DNA from: a bacterium
Lineage (GTDB): Bacteria > Margulisbacteria > Marinamargulisbacteria > GCA-2716485 > JAYNIM01
DNA: 64,000 nucleotides
Direction of reading: 5' to 3'
Assembly: GCA_038109055.1 (NCBI GenBank)
Contig: JAYNIM010000002.1
Span: 79,759-143,758 of the forward strand
Shown here: piece by piece, positions 1 to 9,951 of the stretch
How the letters are laid out: the number at the start of each line of letters is the position of its first letter
Numbering within the stretch: the first letter of the stretch is position 1
Position numbers and translations under genes: made by a program
Notes under the pieces: generated by a model
What the model saw: the letters and a program-made list of their open reading frames with translations, nothing else
The model's database searches: none
Told to the model about the DNA's origin: nothing

Positions 1-65
1 TTTTTAATCTCCGTATCAGAAGCAGAACGATCAAGTCCCAAAACAGCATAAAGATCTTCAGACAT
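1..65 (-). CDS. dnaJ: DnaJ, N-terminus only (runs off window edge)
   Basis: ATG at 65 reads MSEDLYAVLGLDRSASDTEIKK, a J-domain start, directly downstream of dnaK. Confidence 0.9.
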   Translation of the reverse strand, partial: MSEDLYAVLGLDRSASDTEIK

Positions 66-85
66 ACGCGTTAATCAAAAATCTA

Positions 86-2011
86 TTAAGATTTTTTATC
101 CTTAACCTCTTGATAATCAGCATCAACAACATTTTCTTCTTTTTTAGTATCATTTGCAGCACCTGCATCTTCTGGAGAAGGACCATCTGTTGCAGCACCT
201 TCAGGGGAAGGCTGTTGATACAATTCTGTTGCAAAACCATGAACAACTTTTTGAAAAGCCTCCGTTTCAGACTTAATTTTCTCAGCATCTGAGCTGGTTA
301 AAACAGCCTTCAAATTTTTAATCCCTTCCTCAAGCTGTTTTTTAGTCTCATCCTTTAATTTATCTGCTGCATCCTTCATTGTTTTTTCAGTCGAATGAAT
401 CAACGAGTCTGCCTCATTTTTCGCATCCACCAAGGCCCTCTTCTTTTTATCTTCTTCCGCATTCGCTTCTGCATCCTGTTTCATTTTTTCAATATCCTCA
501 TCACTCAAACCTGATGAAGCCGTAATAGTAATTTTCTGTTCCTTGCCCGTCGCTTTATCAACCGCCTTAACATTCAAAATACCATTCGCATCAATATCAA
601 AAGACACTTCAATTTGAGGCACACCACGCGGAGCAGAAGCAATACCTTCCAAGGTAAAATTACCTAATAAACGATTATCTGTAGCCATTTCACGTTCACC
701 CTGAAAAACACGTACATCCACACTCGTTTGATTATCAGCAGCTGTTGAAAAAACTTGACTTTTAGATGTTGGTATCGTGGTATTTTTTTCAATTAATTTT
801 GTAAATACACCGCCCAAGGTTTCAATACCAAATGATAAAGGCGTCACATCCAATAGGACAACATCCTTCACATCTCCAGCTAAAACACCCGCCTGTACAC
901 CCGCACCAACAGCTACAACTTCATCTGGGTTAACCCCTTTATGTGGTTCTTTTCCAAAAAATTTAGTCACAGACTCCTGAATGAACGGAATACGCGTGGT
1001 TCCACCCACCAAAATAACTTCATTAATCTCTTCCAATTTTAAATCAGCATCTTCCAAGGCTTTTTTACACGGTTCTAATGCTCGTTCAACCAACGGCTCG
1101 ATCATTTTTTCAAATTGTGAACGTGATAATTGCAAATTCAAATGCTTAGGCCCAGCATTATCTGCCGTAATAAATGGTAAATTAATATCTGTCGTAGAAG
1201 TAGAGGATAATTCAATCTTTGCCTTTTCAGCAGCTTCCTTTAAACGTTGGAGCGCCATCTGGTCCTTAGACAAGTCAATCCCTTGATCTTTTTTAAACTC
1301 ATCCACTAACCAATCCATCAACAATTGATCAATATCGTCTCCACCCAATTGTGTATCCCCATTGGTAGACTTTACTTCGAAAACACCATCCCCAATTTCT
1401 AAAATAGAAATATCAAAGGTCCCCCCACCAAAATCATAGACCGCCACATGCTGATCTGTTTTTTTATCCAAGCCATAAGCCAAAGAAGCGGCTGTTGGTT
1501 CATTGATAATACGCAAAACTTCCAAACCTGCAATCTCACCCGCATCCTTAGTTGCTTTACGTTGACTATCATTAAAGTAAGCTGGCACCGTAATAACCGC
1601 CTTGGTTACTTCTTCCCCTAAATACGCTTCTGCATCCGTTTTAATTTTTTGCAAAACCATCGCAGAAATTTCCTGAGGGGTATAATCTTTATCAACACCT
1701 TGGACCAAAATAACGCCATCTTTTCGTTCCGAAAGATCATAAGGCAATTTACGTTTAAGCTCTTTCAAACGTCTACCAATTAAACTTTTAACTGAAAAAA
1801 ATGTTTTTTTAGGATTCGTAACAGCCTGTCTTTTTGCTGGTTGCCCAACAATAAGTTCACCATCTTTCGAAAAAGCCACCACCGAAGGGGTCGTACGATT
1901 ACCTTCCGCATTGGTAATAACAGTCGCTTCACCACCCTCCATCACAGAAAAACAACTATTTGTTGTTCCTAAATCAATCCCTATAATTTTACCTGTATTT
2001 TTTTTACTCAT
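86..2011 (-). CDS. dnaK: Chaperone DnaK (Hsp70)
   Basis: [27 protein letters not shown] motifs; 641 aa; AAGGAG RBS. Confidence 0.99.
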   Translation of the reverse strand: MSKKNTGKIIGIDLGTTNSCFSVMEGGEATVITNAEGNRTTPSVVAFSKDGELIVGQPAKRQAVTNPKKTFFSVKSLIGRRLKELKRKLPYDLSERKDGVILVQGVDKDYTPQEISAMVLQKIKTDAEAYLGEEVTKAVITVPAYFNDSQRKATKDAGEIAGLEVLRIINEPTAASLAYGLDKKTDQHVAVYDFGGGTFDISILEIGDGVFEVKSTNGDTQLGGDDIDQLLMDWLVDEFKKDQGIDLSKDQMALQRLKEAAEKAKIELSSTSTTDINLPFITADNAGPKHLNLQLSRSQFEKMIEPLVERALEPCKKALEDADLKLEEINEVILVGGTTRIPFIQESVTKFFGKEPHKGVNPDEVVAVGAGVQAGVLAGDVKDVVLLDVTPLSFGIETLGGVFTKLIEKNTTIPTSKSQVFSTAADNQTSVDVRVFQGEREMATDNRLLGNFTLEGIASAPRGVPQIEVSFDIDANGILNVKAVDKATGKEQKITITASSGLSDEDIEKMKQDAEANAEEDKKKRALVDAKNEADSLIHSTEKTMKDAADKLKDETKKQLEEGIKNLKAVLTSSDAEKIKSETEAFQKVVHGFATELYQQPSPEGAATDGPSPEDAGAANDTKKEENVVDADYQEVKDKKS

Positions 2012-2054
2012 AACACTACTCCTTTTAATGTTTATATGTTTATTTTTTTATTAT

Positions 2055-2675
2055 TTATTCAGCAACCATTACCATAGAGGGCCTCAATACACGATCATTT
2101 AGTGTATACCCCTTCTGCATCTCCTTGGTAATAAAATCTGATTCAATTCCTTCACAGCTTTCCTTACCTACTGCTTGATGAAAGTTAGGGTCAAAGGCTT
2201 TTCCTTTAGTTTCAATCACAGACACGCCTGCTTTCTGCAAGACAGAATAAAACTGTTTGATCGTTAATTGAACCCCTTTGACAACATCACTGACAGACTC
2301 ATCAGAATGAGAACAGGCTCTTTCTAAAGAATCAAAGACCGGCAACAATTCTTTAATAAAGGATTCAAGTGCATATGTCTTGGCCGTTAATAATTCCTGT
2401 GTTTTACGTCGTTTAAAATTCTCCATTTCTGCCACTGCCCGCAACATTTTATCTTTATTATCAGAGAGTTCATCTTCCAAAGATTTTAGTTTTTCTTGAA
2501 GTAAAGCAACATCAACTAATGAATCTTCCTGAACATGAGCATCTGCATCTAAAGGCTGTTTTACCTCTTCATTAACTTTCTGCTTATCTACATTCTCAGA
2601 AGACTCCAAATTCTGACCATCTTTTATAGATTTTTTTGATTGCTTAACATTCTTAGAAGATTTTTTATTTGACAT
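2055..2675 (-). CDS. grpE: Nucleotide exchange factor GrpE
   Basis: AEMENFKRR, FDPNFHQA, KGYTLNDRVLRPSMVMV; between hrcA and dnaK. Confidence 0.97.
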   Translation of the reverse strand: MSNKKSSKNVKQSKKSIKDGQNLESSENVDKQKVNEEVKQPLDADAHVQEDSLVDVALLQEKLKSLEDELSDNKDKMLRAVAEMENFKRRKTQELLTAKTYALESFIKELLPVFDSLERACSHSDESVSDVVKGVQLTIKQFYSVLQKAGVSVIETKGKAFDPNFHQAVGKESCEGIESDFITKEMQKGYTLNDRVLRPSMVMVAE

Positions 2676-3690
2676 AACAATACTCCTTCATTTTCAACAA
2701 AGGATAACGCGTATCCCTTGCATTTAAAAAGTCATTAATTAATTGCACAGAATTATGAAGCAACTCCGAAAATTCCGTATAATACAACGACCGGGGACCT
2801 ATAATACCATAAATCCCCCCCAAATCTCTACACAAGAGGATACCGGTTTTTTGCAAAAAAGACATTTCATGCTCTGCTCCAATACGAACTGTAGTACCAA
2901 GATTACAACAACGATCAAAATAACGGTAAACATCTTTTTCGTCATCAAACCAGCGACAAACATCATAAGAATCCGTACCCAAATAGGTGCACAAATCCCC
3001 CAGACCTTGATGTTTAAACAGCAACTCATCTTCAGCAATAACCCCATCATAAATCGCTTTATTTAAGGGGACAAATTGTTTAAACTTGCGATTCAATTCA
3101 GTGAGAAACGTATCTCTATCAGCCAAGAACAACGATAAGTGCGTCTTCCAGTACTGACTCATTTCATCCAAGACCTGTTGAGTGAACTCTTCCTTCAAAT
3201 CAACACAAAAATAACGCAGCAACTGATGTCCAGCGTCAAAAACATAAACAGCCAAAACCCTAGCCTCAACCAAATGAAAACGTAGTGACGAACAGGTCAA
3301 ATTAGAGGATGATGAAATAAAAAAACTACAAGCCTTCGTATGCAACGATAATGATTTCAAAACAAGATTCAAAACAGACCCAATAGACACCCCCGCCATT
3401 TTCCACTCCGCTAATAATCGCTGACGATCGAAATAGACAGGGTCTCCCACAGGAATATTCCCATCAAATAGAAATCGATACGCATAATCTGTAGGAACAC
3501 GTCCTGCAGAAGTGAAAGATTTAGAGTAAAATCCTTTATGACTTAATTTTAACAACACATTCCGTATCGTAGCGGTACTTTCCGACAACCCAGCATAACT
3601 TTTTAAGGCATGTGACGAAATAGGCTTTCTTGATTTTAGATAATAAGCAACACTTAGCTTTAAAATAGTTAATTCTTTAGATTTAATCAT
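2665..3690 (-). CDS. hrcA: Heat-inducible repressor HrcA (divergent)
   Basis: STATIRN and TSAGRVPTD motifs, GIIGPR near C-terminus; first gene of dnaK operon; ATG at 3690 preferred because the longer TTG start lies within the CIRCE-like site. Confidence 0.85.
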   Translation of the reverse strand: MIKSKELTILKLSVAYYLKSRKPISSHALKSYAGLSESTATIRNVLLKLSHKGFYSKSFTSAGRVPTDYAYRFLFDGNIPVGDPVYFDRQRLLAEWKMAGVSIGSVLNLVLKSLSLHTKACSFFISSSSNLTCSSLRFHLVEARVLAVYVFDAGHQLLRYFCVDLKEEFTQQVLDEMSQYWKTHLSLFLADRDTFLTELNRKFKQFVPLNKAIYDGVIAEDELLFKHQGLGDLCTYLGTDSYDVCRWFDDEKDVYRYFDRCCNLGTTVRIGAEHEMSFLQKTGILLCRDLGGIYGIIGPRSLYYTEFSELLHNSVQLINDFLNARDTRYPLLKMKEYCYVK

Positions 3691-3698
3691 AATAGTGT

Positions 3699-3725
3699 TT
3701 AGCAATAAAATTATAACACTGCTAA
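3699..3725 (-). promoter_or_regulatory. Degenerate CIRCE operator
   Basis: Minus strand TTAGCAGTG-N9-TATTGCTAA versus consensus TTAGCACTC-N9-GAGTGCTAA, just upstream of hrcA. Confidence 0.8.
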
Positions 3726-3753
3726 AACTAATTCCTTTTTACCTAAAAGTCAA
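3725..3753 (-). promoter_or_regulatory. sigma70-type promoter of hrcA operon
   Basis: TTGACT-17 nt-TAGTTT abutting the CIRCE. Confidence 0.55.
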
Positions 3754-3815
3754 GTACTCACAAATTGTCATTAACTTTTAAGCCCTCTTAATTATTTAGG
3801 TCATTACATCTTTAC

Positions 3816-3844
3816 TAGACAAAAAATTTATAAAAAAATATACT
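3816..3844 (+). promoter_or_regulatory. sigma70-type promoter of metK operon (near-leaderless)
   Basis: TAGACA-17-TATACT, 8 nt before ATG 3853, no SD. Confidence 0.65.
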
Positions 3845-3852
3845 AAAGTAAT

Positions 3853-5037
3853 ATGAAAAAACTTACATTTACGTCTGAATCCGTATCAGAAGGGCACCCA
3901 GATAAAGTTTGTGATCAAATTTCAGACTCCATTTTAGACGAGGCTTTAAGACAAGACCCAGAAAGTCGCGTTGCAGCAGAAACCATGATCTGCCCAAAAG
4001 GGATATTTGTAAGTGGAGAAATAACCTCAAAGGCTAACTTGGACATAGAATATTTAGCAAAATCCGTTTTAAAAGAAATTGGATACACTGCAGAAAATGG
4101 CTTCGATACCGATAAATGTAAGGTACACAATTTACTATCAAAACAATCTCCAGACATCGCCCAAGGCGTAAACAAAAACGAAGGGATACATGCAGAACAA
4201 GGCGCTGGGGATCAAGGTATTATGTTTGTCTACGCATGTAAACAAACAGTTAGTTAAATGCATCTACCTATTCATCTATCTCATCAACTAGTGAAAAATT
4301 TAGCCCATTTAAGAAAATCGAAAATATTACCATTTTTGAGACCAGACTCTAAGTCACAAGTCACAGTAGAATATGAAAACAACCATATAAAACGAATTGA
4401 CACAATCGTCCTTTCCACACAACATGACCCAACGATAAGCCACAAAGAACTAAAAGAAGCCATCATTGAAACACTTATTAAAAAAACACTTCCAAGCCAT
4501 CTTATTGATAGTAAAACACGCTATTTAATAAACCCAACAGGAAAGTTTGTTCTGGGAGGTCCCGCAGCAGATGCAGGCTTAACGGGCAGAAAAATAATTG
4601 TAGATACCTATGGCGGATGGGCAAAGCACGGGGGAGGCGCATTTTCAGGCAAAGACCCAAGCAAAGTCGATCGTTCAGCAGCCTATATGGCTAGATATGT
4701 TGCCAAAAATATACTTGCAGCAGATATTATAGACAATTTGACGGAATTAGAAATTCAACTATCCTATGCAATTGGATACCCGAAACCTGTTGGAATTTTT
4801 ATTCAATCCCCTACAATTACAAATAACGAAGCTGAAAACCTTAAAAAGGTAATTGAAGAAAATTTCGATTTAAGTCCTGAAGGAATCATCATTAGCCTAA
4901 ATTTAAAGGAAGCGATTTATAAACAAACAGCAACTTATGGTCATTTTGGTCGTTTAGATATCCAGTTACCTTGGGAACAAACTGATAAAAGCAAAATACT
5001 CAAAAAAAAACATGAAGCTCTAACGGTGACAAATTGA
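3853..5037 (+). CDS. metK: S-adenosylmethionine synthetase, interrupted by in-frame TAA at 4255-4257
   Basis: [28 protein letters not shown] motifs; the two track ORFs are contiguous and in frame. Confidence 0.95.
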
Positions 5038-5048
5038 AGCAATGAAAA

Positions 5049-5546
5049 ATGCAAGAATTCAAAAAAATAATACAAAAAGAAACAAATACTGTCTCAATAA
5101 ACGAAAAATTAACTACTCTTCTTAAAGAAAGTAAGACCAGTATAGCCATCGCTGAAAATATTAGTAATGGGCATATATTAAGTTGCTTAAGTACATTAAA
5201 TAAAGAATCAATTAAAGGAGGGATAGTTTGTAACAACAACGCCAGCCTCGCTCAATTATTAGGGGTTCCCGCAAAAACCATTATCAAAAAAAACGGATAC
5301 AAAGAAAGAAGTCTGTTAATGGCACAAAAAATTAGACGCCTATTACATACAAGCATAGGACTAGCAACCTCAGGGTATGAGGGAAAAGAACAAAAAGAAC
5401 TACATATAGGTATCGCAAGCAAAAATGAACAACGCCACAAAAAATATGTATTCGATACTAAAAGCACACAACAGCATGCCGAGTATGCCACATTAGGTAC
5501 CCTATACTTTTTTTTATCTACAAAACACAAGGAGATAGAGACATAA
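5049..5546 (+). CDS. CinA C-terminal/PncC-like domain protein (degenerate)
   Basis: AIAENISNGHI resembles AESCTGG; IGLATSG motif; canonical position before recA. Confidence 0.7.
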   Translation: MQEFKKIIQKETNTVSINEKLTTLLKESKTSIAIAENISNGHILSCLSTLNKESIKGGIVCNNNASLAQLLGVPAKTIIKKNGYKERSLLMAQKIRRLLHTSIGLATSGYEGKEQKELHIGIASKNEQRHKKYVFDTKSTQQHAEYATLGTLYFFLSTKHKEIET

Positions 5547-6569
5547 ATGAAAAAAACACAAACCATCATTCAAGAAGACAAAAGCAAAGCACTTGAATTT
5601 GCCATCAGCCAAATTGAAAAGGCACACGGCAAAGGTGCAATCATGCGCATGGATCAAAAAAATGCCTCCCAAATCGAAACAACTTCAACAGGCGCATTAT
5701 CCCTCGATATAGCATTAGGTATTGGGGGATATCCCAAAGGCCGGATTATTGAAGTCTTTGGGCCCGAATCATCCGGAAAAACAACCTTAGCATTACATGC
5801 TGCTGCAGAAATACAAAAAGCTGGTGGCACCTGTGCATATATAGATTCAGAACACGCATTAAACGCACAATACGCGAAAAACATTGGGATTAATTTAGAC
5901 AAACTCATTCTGTCACAACCTGATTACGGTGAGCAAGCACTCGAAATCACCGAAACACTTGTCAGATCAGGAGCTGTAGATTTAATCATTGTTGATTCGG
6001 TTGCCGCCTTAGTACCAAAATCAGAAATTGAAGGCGATATGGGCGACGCACAAATGGGAATGCAAGCTCGCCTAATGTCACAAGCCTTAAGAAAACTAAC
6101 TGGAATTGTCAATAAATCTAATTGCACCGTTATTTTTGTCAATCAAATACGTGAAAAATTAGGCGTCATGTTTGGAAACCCTGAAGTAACTCCAGGGGGT
6201 AGAGCATTAAAATTTTATTCAACCATTCGCATCGATATCCGACGAATCGATTCTATAAAATCAGGCGTTGACATTATCGGAATCAAAACCAGAGTTAAAA
6301 TAGTCAAAAATAAAGTATCTCCTCCCTTTAGATTTGTAGAACTCGAAATCGAGTTTGGCAAAGGAATCTCCTATCATTCAGATCTACTAGAACTTTGTGT
6401 CAATGAGAACCTGATCGAAAAAAGTGGCACCTGGTTTTCTTACAAAACCGAACGAATGGGACAAGGAAAAGAAGCCGCTAAAACATTCTTAAAAAACAAA
6501 CCTGAACTATGCAAAGATCTAGAAAAATTAGTTATAAAAAGTATCAATGAAAAAAAGGAAGAAAAATGA
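5547..6569 (+). CDS. recA: Recombinase RecA
   Basis: [24 protein letters not shown]. Confidence 0.99.
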   Translation: MKKTQTIIQEDKSKALEFAISQIEKAHGKGAIMRMDQKNASQIETTSTGALSLDIALGIGGYPKGRIIEVFGPESSGKTTLALHAAAEIQKAGGTCAYIDSEHALNAQYAKNIGINLDKLILSQPDYGEQALEITETLVRSGAVDLIIVDSVAALVPKSEIEGDMGDAQMGMQARLMSQALRKLTGIVNKSNCTVIFVNQIREKLGVMFGNPEVTPGGRALKFYSTIRIDIRRIDSIKSGVDIIGIKTRVKIVKNKVSPPFRFVELEIEFGKGISYHSDLLELCVNENLIEKSGTWFSYKTERMGQGKEAAKTFLKNKPELCKDLEKLVIKSINEKKEEK

Positions 6570-8083
6570 AATTTTTAGCAATCATCCTAGTTAACATAAC
6601 AGTTACAGTCATTTCAGCAACATTAATTATAAGTATTTTTCAACTTAAAATAAAAAAACGCATGCTTAAAACAACCTTAGAGCATAAAAAAGAAGTAGAA
6701 AAAAACAAAGAAAAATCAGAACACATTAAAAATCAATCACATAAAGAAGCCAATGCTCTTATCCAAAAAACAAAACGAAATCTTGATGAAGAAATAAAAA
6801 GTAGACGAAACTCCATCAGTCAAATTGAAGAACGTATATTAAAAAAAGAAGCACATCTAGAAGAAAAAGAAAGTAATCTTGAAGAGAACATTGAAAGAAT
6901 CAAAGAACTAAAAAAGAAAGAAGAAGAACTCATACAATCATTATCTGAAAAACTCGAAAAAATTGCCGGCTTATCCAAAGAAGAAGCTGAAAAATTATTA
7001 ATGTCCAATATCGAAAGAAAAGTAAAAACAAAAGCTGGTGAACTTATAAAAAGGATCGAAGACGAAAGTAAAAAAATAGCCAATCGTCGTGCAAAAGAAA
7101 TCATAACAACTGCCATGCAACGAACAGCAGTAGACGTGCTCACAACACAAACAACAACAATAGTAGAGTTACCCAATGACGAACTCAAAGGTCGTGTCAT
7201 AGGAAAAGAAGGTCGAAATATTCGCGCGATTGAATCCTGCGCCGGCGTAGACGTTATTATCGATGAAACCCCAAACTCTGTTATCATTTCTTGCTTTGAT
7301 CCAATTCGAAGACAAGTAGCAAAATTAGCCCTTCAAAAATTAATCGAAGACGGTAGAATTCATCCTGCACGTATCGAAGAAACGGTTGAAGCTGCAAGAG
7401 AAGAACTCCAACAATTCACTACTGAAAAAGGTGAAAAAGCCTTAGAGTCTATTGGCGTAAAATTACATCCTAAAATCACCGAAATATTGGGCAGACTCTA
7501 TTATCGCTATAGCTACGGTCAAAACATGCTTCATCATGCAGTAGAATGTGCACAAATTGCTGCACTAATAGCCGAAGAATTAGGTGTAGACGTCAACTTA
7601 GCAAAACGTGGCGCATTACTTCATGATATTGGGAAGGGGCTAGACTTTGAAATTGGTGGATCTCATGACGAAATAGGGAAAAATTTATGCCAAAAATATG
7701 GTGAATCTGACGAAATACTCAACTGCATCATGGCTCATCACGAACAAGAAGAACCCAACACCATCGAGGCAATTATCGTCATTATTGCTGATACGATATC
7801 CTCTGCCAGACCAGGTGCTAGAAGGGAGTCTGTTGAAAACTACATCAAACGTTTAACAAAGCTAGAAAGCATCGCAAAATCATATGATAGCGTAGAAAAA
7901 GCATACGCAATCCAAGCTGGAAGAGAAATAAGAATTTTCGTAAAACCAGATCAAATTTCAGATGTAGAAACAAAAAAACTATCCTTTGATATTGCTGAAA
8001 AAATAGAAAAAAATGTAGATTTCCCAGGACAAATTAAAGTATCTGTTATCCGTGAAACACGAACATCCAGCATTGCAGGATAA
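6566..8083 (+). CDS. rny: Ribonuclease Y
   Basis: N-terminal TM, coiled coil, KH domain ([13 protein letters not shown]), HD domain (LLHDIGK). Confidence 0.97.
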   Translation: MKFLAIILVNITVTVISATLIISIFQLKIKKRMLKTTLEHKKEVEKNKEKSEHIKNQSHKEANALIQKTKRNLDEEIKSRRNSISQIEERILKKEAHLEEKESNLEENIERIKELKKKEEELIQSLSEKLEKIAGLSKEEAEKLLMSNIERKVKTKAGELIKRIEDESKKIANRRAKEIITTAMQRTAVDVLTTQTTTIVELPNDELKGRVIGKEGRNIRAIESCAGVDVIIDETPNSVIISCFDPIRRQVAKLALQKLIEDGRIHPARIEETVEAAREELQQFTTEKGEKALESIGVKLHPKITEILGRLYYRYSYGQNMLHHAVECAQIAALIAEELGVDVNLAKRGALLHDIGKGLDFEIGGSHDEIGKNLCQKYGESDEILNCIMAHHEQEEPNTIEAIIVIIADTISSARPGARRESVENYIKRLTKLESIAKSYDSVEKAYAIQAGREIRIFVKPDQISDVETKKLSFDIAEKIEKNVDFPGQIKVSVIRETRTSSIAG

Positions 8084-8799
8084 TGTTAGAAACAAAAAAT
8101 CTAAAAAAAAGCTATCACAAACAAATTATAGTAAATAATCTAAATATCACTGTTAAGCAAGGTGAAATCATCGGATTACTGGGCCCAAACGGAGCAGGTA
8201 AAACAACCAGTTTTTATATGATTGCAGGGTTAATACAACCAGACGAAGGAGATATATATCTAAACAAACAAAAAATAAGTAAACTCCCCATGTTTCAACG
8301 CAGTAGACTAGGTATTGGTTATCTTCCGCAGGAATCATCAATATTTAAAAAATTAACGGTAGAAGAAAATTTATATATGATATGGGAATTTAACAAAGAC
8401 ATAGAAAAAAAAGAGTATCACGAAAAAGCACGTGTTTTATTAGAAGAAATGCAACTAACTAAACTACGCCATCGACAAGGCATCCAACTATCAGGTGGCG
8501 AAAAAAGACGCGTAGAAATCATGCGGGTATTATCATTAAATCCTAAATTTATTTTATTAGATGAACCTTTTGCCGGAATCGATCCTATTGCCATACAAGA
8601 CATACAAAGTATCATTCTTTCTCTCAAAAAGAAAAATTTAGGCATCATTATCACAGATCACAATGTTAGAGAAACATTAGCAATTACAGACAAAGCCTAT
8701 CTCTTACACGAAGGAAAGGTTTTACTCGAGGGATCTGCAAAAGACATCATAAAAAATCCAATGGCTCAAAAATATTATCTAGGCAACACATTCTCATAA
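8083..8799 (+). CDS. lptB: LPS export ABC ATPase LptB
   Basis: GPNGAGKTT, LSGGEKRRVEI, DEPFAGIDP, ITDHNVRETL. Confidence 0.95.
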   Translation: MLETKNLKKSYHKQIIVNNLNITVKQGEIIGLLGPNGAGKTTSFYMIAGLIQPDEGDIYLNKQKISKLPMFQRSRLGIGYLPQESSIFKKLTVEENLYMIWEFNKDIEKKEYHEKARVLLEEMQLTKLRHRQGIQLSGGEKRRVEIMRVLSLNPKFILLDEPFAGIDPIAIQDIQSIILSLKKKNLGIIITDHNVRETLAITDKAYLLHEGKVLLEGSAKDIIKNPMAQKYYLGNTFS

Positions 8800-8800
8800 A

Positions 8801-9889
8801 ATGAAGCGCTTAACACTCTACATCATCAAAGAAATATCCTTTCCTCTTTTATTTGGTGTCATGGCATTCACTTTCATTATATTCGGAACATCCATCATGT
8901 TTAGCGTCATTAACGAGGCCATAAAATACCATATCCCCTTAGGCCAAACGATCCTTCTTTTAACCTTACAACTTCCACAAGTGATTAACTTATCTTTACC
9001 TATGGGAACGCTCTTAGGTAGCTTAGTCACATTTTCAAGGCTGAACAACGATCACGAAATCATCGCAATTAGAGCTAGCGGAATTAGTTTAAGCGCTCTT
9101 ATAAAACCCGTACTTATTTGTGGCCTCACTGTAAGTTTTGTAGGCATCATATTATCAGAATTCATCGTCCCAAACGCCATGACAACCGCAAATAATCTAA
9201 GCAATATATACAAAAATCAAAATAAACCAACCATTAAAAAAAATATAACTTTCACAGAATATAACAAAGGAATGCCAAAACGAATTATTAACATCAAAGA
9301 AGTAAAAAAAGGCGAACTAAAAAATGTGACCATCGCAGAGTTTAATAACGGTGAACTCAACACCATCATCAAAGCCAAAAAAGGAGAATGGTTAACAAGC
9401 AATGGTTGGAAATTTCATCATGGTATTATGCACAAAATAAATCCCCAAAACCCACTTAGAATCAGCACAATAAAATTTAAAAAAGAAATTATTAATTTAG
9501 AGATGAACCCATCATCAATGCAACAAAGAAATAGACAAGTCATAGAACTAAATGCCAGAGAATTAAAAGAACGTATCAAAGAAAAGAAAAAATTAGGCCT
9601 AGACACAATACGAGATCTCATGGACTACCACACAAAATTTGCAATCGCATTTGCAAGTTTAATATTTGCTCTGCTTGGTATCCCCATAGGGTTTAAACCT
9701 CAACGAAACTCATCAGCCACAGGCATCGGTCTCACATTAATCACCATTCTGATCTACTATGTATTAATTTCAATAGGAATGGCATTGGGCAGAATGGAAA
9801 TTTTAAACCCGATTCTCGCAACATGGCTCCCTAATATCATCATAGGAACAACCAGTATCATTATGCTTAAACGCATAATAAAACACTAA
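8801..9889 (+). CDS. LptF/LptG family permease
   Basis: 3+3 TM layout, EIIAIRASGIS, WLPNII; follows lptB. Confidence 0.9.
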   Translation: MKRLTLYIIKEISFPLLFGVMAFTFIIFGTSIMFSVINEAIKYHIPLGQTILLLTLQLPQVINLSLPMGTLLGSLVTFSRLNNDHEIIAIRASGISLSALIKPVLICGLTVSFVGIILSEFIVPNAMTTANNLSNIYKNQNKPTIKKNITFTEYNKGMPKRIINIKEVKKGELKNVTIAEFNNGELNTIIKAKKGEWLTSNGWKFHHGIMHKINPQNPLRISTIKFKKEIINLEMNPSSMQQRNRQVIELNARELKERIKEKKKLGLDTIRDLMDYHTKFAIAFASLIFALLGIPIGFKPQRNSSATGIGLTLITILIYYVLISIGMALGRMEILNPILATWLPNIIIGTTSIIMLKRIIKH

Positions 9890-9951
9890 ATAGATAGACA
9901 AGCAAAAAAAACTCGCTCATAATGAAAAAAAAACCTAATTAGGAGTTTTAA

